Origin: Mycobacterium sp.
GTDB taxonomy: Bacteria > Actinomycetota > Actinomycetes > Mycobacteriales > Mycobacteriaceae
Length of the DNA: 35,480 bases
Assembly (NCBI GenBank): GCA_032162865.1
Contig: JAVROG010000201.1
Location: 1 to 35,480, forward strand
Direction of reading: 5' to 3'
The notes beneath the pieces are model-generated. The model had not been told where the DNA came from, did no database searches, and worked only from the letters and a program-made list of their open reading frames with translations. Below, one piece after another: positions 29,689 through 35,480 of this stretch (its first letter is position 1; each line of letters opens with the position of its first letter). The position numbers were made by a program, and so were the translations under genes.

Positions 29689-30214
29689 GTGGAGCGCGGC
29701 CGTGCACGCGCTGCTCGACGGGCGCCAGACCATACTGCTGCGCAAGGGCGGCATCGGCGAGAAGCGGTTCGAGGTGGCCGCCCAGGAATTCCTGCTGTTC
29801 CCGACGGTCGCGCACAGCCACGCGCAGCGCGTCCGCCCCGAGCATCAGGACCTGCTCGCACCCGCGGTCGACGACAGTACCGATGCGCACATCACGGTGC
29901 GGGCAGCAGCCAAAGTTGTTGCGGCGCTGGCGGTCAACCGGCCGGACGGTCTGCAGCAGATCGAGGATCTGCACATCTGGACCGCCGAGTCGGTGCGCGC
30001 CGACCGGCTCGACTTCCGGCCCAAACACAAGCTGGCCGTGCTGGTGGTCTCGGCGATCCCACTCATTGAGCCGATGCGGCTGACCCGCACTCCCGACTAC
30101 GCGGGGTGCACCAGCTGGGTGCGGCTGCCCGTTGAACCGAGTCTGGCGGCGCCAGTGCACGCAGCGGCCGAGCTAGCCGAGATCGCCGTCCGGGTCCGCA
30201 GCGCCGTCGGCTGA
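29669..30214 (+). CDS. DUF1802-family protein (Rv2828c-like)
   Basis: ALKEWSAAV, LLRKGGI, FLLFPT, GCTSWV. Confidence 0.88.
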   Translation: MTTALKEWSAAVHALLDGRQTILLRKGGIGEKRFEVAAQEFLLFPTVAHSHAQRVRPEHQDLLAPAVDDSTDAHITVRAAAKVVAALAVNRPDGLQQIEDLHIWTAESVRADRLDFRPKHKLAVLVVSAIPLIEPMRLTRTPDYAGCTSWVRLPVEPSLAAPVHAAAELAEIAVRVRSAVG

Positions 30215-31882
30215 GTCGCCATTGACCGGAAGCAGCAGCCGGGATTCGCCGAAATGCACCGAATGTGTGGCCGGCTTCAGTTGCCGCCCGGTCAACACCG
30301 GTTCCTGAGCGCCGAGATTGCGCGCATAGCGGGGGAACCAACTACCGGTGATCAGGACGCGGATGCGGGATCCGGCCGCGAATCGGTGCGCAATAGCGTC
30401 CAGTTCAATCCGCACCTCGCGCTCCCCGTCACCAAGTCGCTGGTAGCCGTCGCTCACGTTGGTGGACCGGCCTTTGGCGTCGACCTCGCTGACGCGGACG
30501 AACAGGTCGACATGGGGGTTGTCGGAGCTGTGCACTAATTCGACGACGGGGCTGCCGTACACGTCGAGGTCGTGGGTGAGGACGGCTCCGGTGAAACTGA
30601 GCACATCGTCGCGCGGCGCCAGGTGGGTGTCGTCGCGATATCCGCCTTTCGGCGACAGCAGTGGACCGCCGACGGTGGGGGTTGGGTGGGCGGGGTGGTA
30701 GTGAAAGTTCGCCGGCCGCGTCTTGGTCTCCGGCGGAGTGTCGCCGAGATGCCCGTAGGGCTGCAGATACAACGTGTGTTCGGTGGTGGCCGGCGGCCAG
30801 TCCGGCAGGTAGCGCCAGCCACGGCCGGCGACGAAGACGTGCACCGGGCTCGGGCGCTGCAGCGTCGGCGCACCGCCCAGATGCGCATCGAGCCAGTCCA
30901 ACGTTTCCTGGGCGCAGGTGGGCAAGCCCTTGGTCATCATCTGGGTGTGCGTCCAGGGTCCCACCGTCAGAGCGACGTCCACGCCCCGGTCGCGTAGGTG
31001 CCGATATTGCTGCAGTGTCTGGCGCAGGAAGATGTCTTGCCAGCCGCTGAGCAGCAGCACCGGAGCTTGGACGCGATCCAGTGCGTCGGGGAAGCGCAGT
31101 TTGTCCCAGAACGGATCGGTGGGGTCAGTGTGCTCTACCCATGATTCGAACCAGGGCGCGCCTTCACCGAGCAGTGTTCGGGCCGCGGGCCCCAGCGGCA
31201 CCTCGCCGACCGCGCGCGCAACTTTGCGCGGAGCCCGCAGTTGGCGGATTCCGGCACGGATGCGCCCCGGCTCCTCCTGTCGGGCAACCAGATCGCTCCA
31301 GCCCAGAAAGTCATTGACCGCGAACGTGCCGGTGCCCCACGTCGAGTCTCTGAAGTCGTGCGGCCCCACGGTGATGACGGCCGCGGCCAGCTCCGGCGGC
31401 GGATCGTTCAGCAGCGCCCATTGGGTGAAACCCAGATAGGACAACCCGATGGTGGCGAAGGTGCCGGTGAACCAGGGCTGCCTGCGCAGCCACTCCACCG
31501 TGTCGGTGCCGTCGGCGGCTTCGTTGACCATCGGCTCGAACTCGCCGGCGGACCCGAAGGTTCCCCGCACGCTCTGTAGCACGACGTGATAGCCGCGGGC
31601 GGCATACAACCTGGCGAAGGCCAGGTTGAACGGGAATTTACGCCCGTACGGTCCCCGGGCCAGCAAGGTGCCAGCGGGCTTGGACGTTTCCGGCGCGTAG
31701 TGATCGCCTACCAGCTGAACGCCGTCGCGCATCGGGATTCGGACGCGATTGACGGTGTAACGCGTGGATGCGCGAGGCAGGCCCAGCGCCATGCCAAGCG
31801 CGCCCTGCGCGGCCCTCATGCCAACTCCGGTGGTCAGCGCGCGTAGCTTCGCCTGTTCGCGCCCGGTGGATGTAGTGGTCAC
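30173..31882 (-). CDS. CocE/NonD-family serine hydrolase (Rv2800-like)
   Basis: IPMRDG, GLSYLG nucleophile, GWQD, GPWTH; -10 TAATGT (-) at 31889-31894. Confidence 0.92.
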   Translation of the reverse strand: MTTTSTGREQAKLRALTTGVGMRAAQGALGMALGLPRASTRYTVNRVRIPMRDGVQLVGDHYAPETSKPAGTLLARGPYGRKFPFNLAFARLYAARGYHVVLQSVRGTFGSAGEFEPMVNEAADGTDTVEWLRRQPWFTGTFATIGLSYLGFTQWALLNDPPPELAAAVITVGPHDFRDSTWGTGTFAVNDFLGWSDLVARQEEPGRIRAGIRQLRAPRKVARAVGEVPLGPAARTLLGEGAPWFESWVEHTDPTDPFWDKLRFPDALDRVQAPVLLLSGWQDIFLRQTLQQYRHLRDRGVDVALTVGPWTHTQMMTKGLPTCAQETLDWLDAHLGGAPTLQRPSPVHVFVAGRGWRYLPDWPPATTEHTLYLQPYGHLGDTPPETKTRPANFHYHPAHPTPTVGGPLLSPKGGYRDDTHLAPRDDVLSFTGAVLTHDLDVYGSPVVELVHSSDNPHVDLFVRVSEVDAKGRSTNVSDGYQRLGDGEREVRIELDAIAHRFAAGSRIRVLITGSWFPRYARNLGAQEPVLTGRQLKPATHSVHFGESRLLLPVNGDSADGAADPDGDLG

Positions 31883-31904
31883 ATCCCCACATTAGGGAAC
31901 GGAA

Positions 31905-32480
31905 CTAGAACTTATAGAAGGGAGCGAGTTCGTTGGCCCGCTGCAGGTTGGTAGACGGGCAGTCGACGTCGGGCTCGGAGTAGACGGTGGAGTAGAACAG
32001 CGACTGCTGGATCACCCCGTAGCTGGTCTTGAACGTGACCATGCAGGAGATGTACCAGTAGCTGTTGTGATAGGTGGGCTTCAGCACCCAGTACGTCGCG
32101 GCGCGGTGCCCCTGAATCGTTGTCTCGACGGCGTCGGGGGGCAGGCTCTGGGCGTAGGTGCGCCAGATGATGGGCTCAACGGCGAGCTGGTAGTTCCCGG
32201 CGTCGAATTGGCACCGCAAACCCTCCTGGGCCTCGGGTGGTGTGAAGCCGAGGCCGAGTCGCTGCACGACGTCTAGCGGGATCTGGGTGCACGGATCGAA
32301 CGGGCTTGGATCGCTGGTCGCCACGATGGGGCTCTTCATCGTGGTTTCCATCGGCTGAGCGGTTGACCGCAACTCGACGGTCCCGTGGCCGGTCGGCATC
32401 GGTGGAGCGAATTGCCAGCCCACGATCATTGCGGCGAACAGCGCACTAAGCGCTGCAACCAGACGCAGCTTGGCTAACAC
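31905..32480 (-). CDS. DUF3558-type membrane-anchored or exported protein (Rv2799-like)
   Basis: N-terminal hydrophobic helix, FDPC, four Cys; SD AGGGGG; -10 TACACT (-) at 32515-32520. Confidence 0.85.
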   Translation of the reverse strand: MLAKLRLVAALSALFAAMIVGWQFAPPMPTGHGTVELRSTAQPMETTMKSPIVATSDPSPFDPCTQIPLDVVQRLGLGFTPPEAQEGLRCQFDAGNYQLAVEPIIWRTYAQSLPPDAVETTIQGHRAATYWVLKPTYHNSYWYISCMVTFKTSYGVIQQSLFYSTVYSEPDVDCPSTNLQRANELAPFYKF

Positions 32481-32550
32481 GACACCCCCTGCTCTCGGCG
32501 GTCCTATTGCCGGGAGTGTACAAGTAGCGTCCGCGCAGTCACAGCGAAAC

Positions 32551-32564
32551 GAGAACTTGTTCTA
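32551..32564. promoter_or_regulatory. Candidate KstR operator GAGAACTTGTTCTA
   Basis: Matches TnnAACnnGTTnnA except at position 1; lies about 30-45 nt upstream of the Rv2799-like -10. Confidence 0.7.
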
Positions 32565-32570
32565 GGCGCC

Positions 32571-32615
32571 GTGGCGATCGCAAGCGCGGCGAAGCCGGGC
32601 GCAGCGGGTCGCCAC
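32571..32615 (+). repeat. Mycobacterial REP-like intergenic palindrome
   Basis: GTGGCGATCGC-AA-GCGC-GGC-GAA-GCC-GG-GCGC-A-GCGGGTCGCCAC folds into one long hairpin; a related copy lies at 7344-7390. Confidence 0.8.
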
Positions 32616-32695
32616 CATCTGGTCCCAGCGAATCGCCATCAGATAGGTCCCTTGGCAAACAGGCCGTTTACATCGGGTCGCTAGGGTGGTTATTC

Positions 32696-33673
32696 GTGGC
32701 CGGGCGACAAACGGGGCGGGAACCGAGCGGTGGGGGACAACCGACGCTGTGGGCTGTCTCGGACCTGCACACCGGTCACCTCGGCAACAAGCCCGTCACC
32801 GAGTCGCTGCACCCGTCGTCGCCGGACGACTGGCTGATCGTGGCCGGCGATGTCGCCGAACGCACCGACGAGATCCGCTGGGCGCTGGATCTGCTGCGGA
32901 AGCGCTTCGCGAAGGTGATCTGGGTGCCGGGCAACCACGAGCTGTGGACCACTAACAGGGATCCGATGCAGATCTTTGGTCGCGCGCGTTACGACTACCT
33001 GGTCAACATGTGCGATGAGATGGGCGTCGTCACCCCCGAGCACCCTTTTCCGGTGTGGACCGAACGGGGTGGGCCGGCGACCATCGTGCCGATGTTCCTG
33101 CTGTACGACTACTCGTTTCTGCCGGCGGGAGCCAACAGCAAAGCCGAGGGCATGGCGATCGCCCGGGAACGCAACGTCGTGTGCACCGACGAATTTCTGC
33201 TCTCGTGCGAGCCGTACCCCACCCGCGAGGCATGGTGTCGGGAGCGGATTGCCAAGACCCGCGCCCGTCTCGAAGAACTCGACTGGATGCAACCGACGGT
33301 GCTGGTGAATCACTTCCCGCTGGTGCGGCAGCCCTGCGACGCGCTGTTCTACCCGGAGTTCGCGCTGTGGTGCGGATCCACCAAGACCGCCGACTGGCAC
33401 ACCCGTTACAACGCGATCTGCTCCGTCTATGGTCACCTGCACATTCCACGAACCACCTGGTACGACGACGTGCGGTTCGAAGAGGTGTCCGTGGGTTATC
33501 CGCGGGAGTGGCGGCGTCGCAAACCGTACAGCTGGTTGCGCCAGGTGCTGCCGGATCCTGAGTACGCCCCTGGCTACCTCAATGACTTCGGTGGTCACTT
33601 CGTGGTCACGCCGGAGATGAAGGCGCAGGTCACTCAGTTCCGGAAACGAGTGCAGGAGCGGCAATCCCGGTGA
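32696..33673 (+). CDS. pptH: Metallophosphoesterase, phosphopantetheinyl hydrolase (Rv2795c-like)
   Basis: SDLH, AGD, GNHE, NHFP, GHLH motifs; coupled to pptT; -10 TAGGGT at 32682-32687. Confidence 0.9.
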   Translation: MAGRQTGREPSGGGQPTLWAVSDLHTGHLGNKPVTESLHPSSPDDWLIVAGDVAERTDEIRWALDLLRKRFAKVIWVPGNHELWTTNRDPMQIFGRARYDYLVNMCDEMGVVTPEHPFPVWTERGGPATIVPMFLLYDYSFLPAGANSKAEGMAIARERNVVCTDEFLLSCEPYPTREAWCRERIAKTRARLEELDWMQPTVLVNHFPLVRQPCDALFYPEFALWCGSTKTADWHTRYNAICSVYGHLHIPRTTWYDDVRFEEVSVGYPREWRRRKPYSWLRQVLPDPEYAPGYLNDFGGHFVVTPEMKAQVTQFRKRVQERQSR

Positions 33674-34353
33674 CGACGCGAATGCTGGTGTCGTCGCTGT
33701 TGCCCGGCACCCTGGTTGACGCCATGGCTTATGCCGAGTTGTACTCCGACCCGCCAGACCTCACGCCGCTGCCCGAGGAGGAGCCGCTGATCGCCAAGTC
33801 GGTGGCCAAGCGGCGCAGCGAATTCATCACCGTTCGGCACTGCGCCAGGGTCGCGCTCGGTGAGCTGGGTGTGGCACCGGCACCAATCCTCAAGGGCGAC
33901 AAGGGAGAGCCGTGCTGGCCCGACGGCATCGTCGGCAGCCTCACCCACTGCACGGGTTACCGCGGCGCGGTGGTCGGACGCAGTGCCGCAGTGCGCTCGG
34001 TGGGGATCGACGCCGAACCGCACGACGTGTTGCCCAAAGGCGTGCTGGACGCGATCAGTCTGCCTGCCGAGCGCTCCGAAATTCCCCGGGCGCTGCCTGC
34101 CGGGCTGCATTGGGATCGAATCCTGTTCTGCGCCAAGGAAGCAACGTACAAGGCGTGGTTCCCGCTGACCAAGCGTTGGCTGGGTTTCGAGGACGCGCAT
34201 ATCACCTTCGAAGCTGACCCTTCCGGCTCGGCCGGTCGTTTCGTCTCCCGCATCCTGATCGACCCGGCCGCCCTCTCGGGCACCCCGCTGACATCGTTGG
34301 CGGGCCGCTGGTCGGTCGAGCGCGACCTGGTGCTCACCGCGATCGTGCTATGA
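33670..34353 (+). CDS. pptT: Sfp-type 4'-phosphopantetheinyl transferase
   Basis: [27 protein letters not shown]. Confidence 0.96.
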   Translation: MTTRMLVSSLLPGTLVDAMAYAELYSDPPDLTPLPEEEPLIAKSVAKRRSEFITVRHCARVALGELGVAPAPILKGDKGEPCWPDGIVGSLTHCTGYRGAVVGRSAAVRSVGIDAEPHDVLPKGVLDAISLPAERSEIPRALPAGLHWDRILFCAKEATYKAWFPLTKRWLGFEDAHITFEADPSGSAGRFVSRILIDPAALSGTPLTSLAGRWSVERDLVLTAIVL

Positions 34354-35258
34354 GCAAAGCGGGTCCTGCGCCCGACCCGGGGATTGTCGTCGTCGACAAG
34401 CCGGCCGGGATGACCAGCCATGACGTGGTGGGCCGGTGCCGGCGCATCTTCGCCACCCGTCGGGTGGGTCATGCCGGGACCCTGGACCCGATGGCCACCG
34501 GTGTGCTGGTGGTGGGAATCGAACGCGCCACCAAGATCCTCGGCCTGTTGACGGCAACCTCGAAGTCCTACGCCGCCACGATTCGGCTGGGTCAGTCGAC
34601 ATCCACCGAGGATGCCGATGGTGAACTGCTGCAGTCTGTTTCGACTGAGCATGTCACGGCAGAGGCCATTGCCGAGGCGATCGGTCCGCTCCGCGGTGAC
34701 ATCAAGCAGGTCCCGTCGACGGTCAGTGCGATCAAGGTAGGTGGTCGTCGGGCATACCAGTTGGCGCGTGAAGGCCAGACGGTCCAGCTCGAAGCCCGCC
34801 CGGTACGCATCGACCGCTTCGAGATGGTGGACATGCGACGCGGTGTGGACGTGATCGACCTCGACGTGGAAGTCGACTGCTCGTCAGGCACCTACATCCG
34901 CGCGTTGGCCCGCGATCTCGGTGATGCGCTGGCGGTGGGTGGCCATCTGACGTCGTTGCGGCGGACCCGCGTCGGCCGCTTCGACCTCAGTCAGGCGATG
35001 TCACTCGACGACCTCGCGGAGAGCCCGCGGCTGAGCCTGAGTCTCGACGACGCCTGCCTGCTGATGTTTCCGCGCCGCGATCTCAGCGCTGAGGAGGCCG
35101 ACGCCGCGGGCAACGGACGGGCACTGCCCGCGGCCGGCATCGACAACATCTACGCGGCGACCGCCGCTGACGGCAGGGTGATCGCCCTGTTGAGGGATGA
35201 GGGTGCGCGGACAAAGTCAGTGGTGGTGATCCGCCCGGCAACGATGCCGGGGCTTTGA
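34350..35258 (+). CDS. truB: tRNA pseudouridine(55) synthase
   Basis: [39 protein letters not shown]. Confidence 0.97.
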   Translation: MSKAGPAPDPGIVVVDKPAGMTSHDVVGRCRRIFATRRVGHAGTLDPMATGVLVVGIERATKILGLLTATSKSYAATIRLGQSTSTEDADGELLQSVSTEHVTAEAIAEAIGPLRGDIKQVPSTVSAIKVGGRRAYQLAREGQTVQLEARPVRIDRFEMVDMRRGVDVIDLDVEVDCSSGTYIRALARDLGDALAVGGHLTSLRRTRVGRFDLSQAMSLDDLAESPRLSLSLDDACLLMFPRRDLSAEEADAAGNGRALPAAGIDNIYAATAADGRVIALLRDEGARTKSVVVIRPATMPGL

Positions 35259-35354
35259 GAGAATCGCGCTCCGATCTGTGTCTATGGCGAATACCATTAT
35301 CGCTACAGGCGGCAGAACCGGGTACTGCCGATGCCGTAGGCGACGGAGAAATAG

Positions 35355-35480
35355 ATGGCCCCAAACTGAAGGTCTCGCCTGATCTCATGGCTGGCGACGT
35401 CGACGAGGGATACGGGAAGGTGGCCGACGCTTTCCGTCGCAACCTCAGCAGTGGCCAGGAGGTCGGTGCCGCTGTCGCCG
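35355..35480 (+). CDS. 5' fragment of a probable beta-lactamase-fold serine hydrolase/esterase; runs off the window; apparent 1-nt frameshift near the start (in-frame ATG at 35387)
   Basis: KLKVSPDLMAGDVDEGYGKVADAFRRNLSSGQEVGAAVA resembles the N-terminus of class C beta-lactamase-like esterases; SD GGAG 6 nt before ATG 35355. Confidence 0.6.

Overview
GC-rich chromosomal DNA that reads as a Mycobacterium core-genome segment, probably a non-tuberculous species. From my recall of the gene order, it is collinear with M. tuberculosis Rv2856 (nicT) down to Rv2793c (truB). Order: nicT / divergent Fur-family regulator / mtr / alpha-beta hydrolase / mqo-GNAT-chelatase(ChlI/D)-cobO-cobB-cysG / efpA / proS / two conserved genes / rimP-nusA-ylxR-infB-rbfA-DHH phosphodiesterase-MATE / ugpAEBC / echA16 / DUF2277-DUF1802 / CocE-NonD hydrolase / DUF3558 / pptH-pptT-truB / start of a serine hydrolase. 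I see no rRNA, tRNA, transposase or CRISPR array. The positions where M. tuberculosis carries PE_PGRS48, vapBC22, the CRISPR-Cas/TA island and lppV-Rv2798c are empty here. I cannot support a wholly new multi-gene system. The best leads are small: (1) a Fur-family/NiCoT module with a perfect TGCAA-N5-TTGCA operator; (2) several stop/start-overlapping micro-ORF connectors, including a 3 x 20-bp tandem copy of a gene start and a micro-ORF chain with alternative hairpins upstream of infB; (3) intergenic-type repeats (a REP-like palindrome and a MIRU segment) translated in frame inside the chelatase and RbfA; (4) two probable single-base homopolymer frameshifts near gene starts. Orthology and family names come from recognition of the translated sequences, not from database searches.
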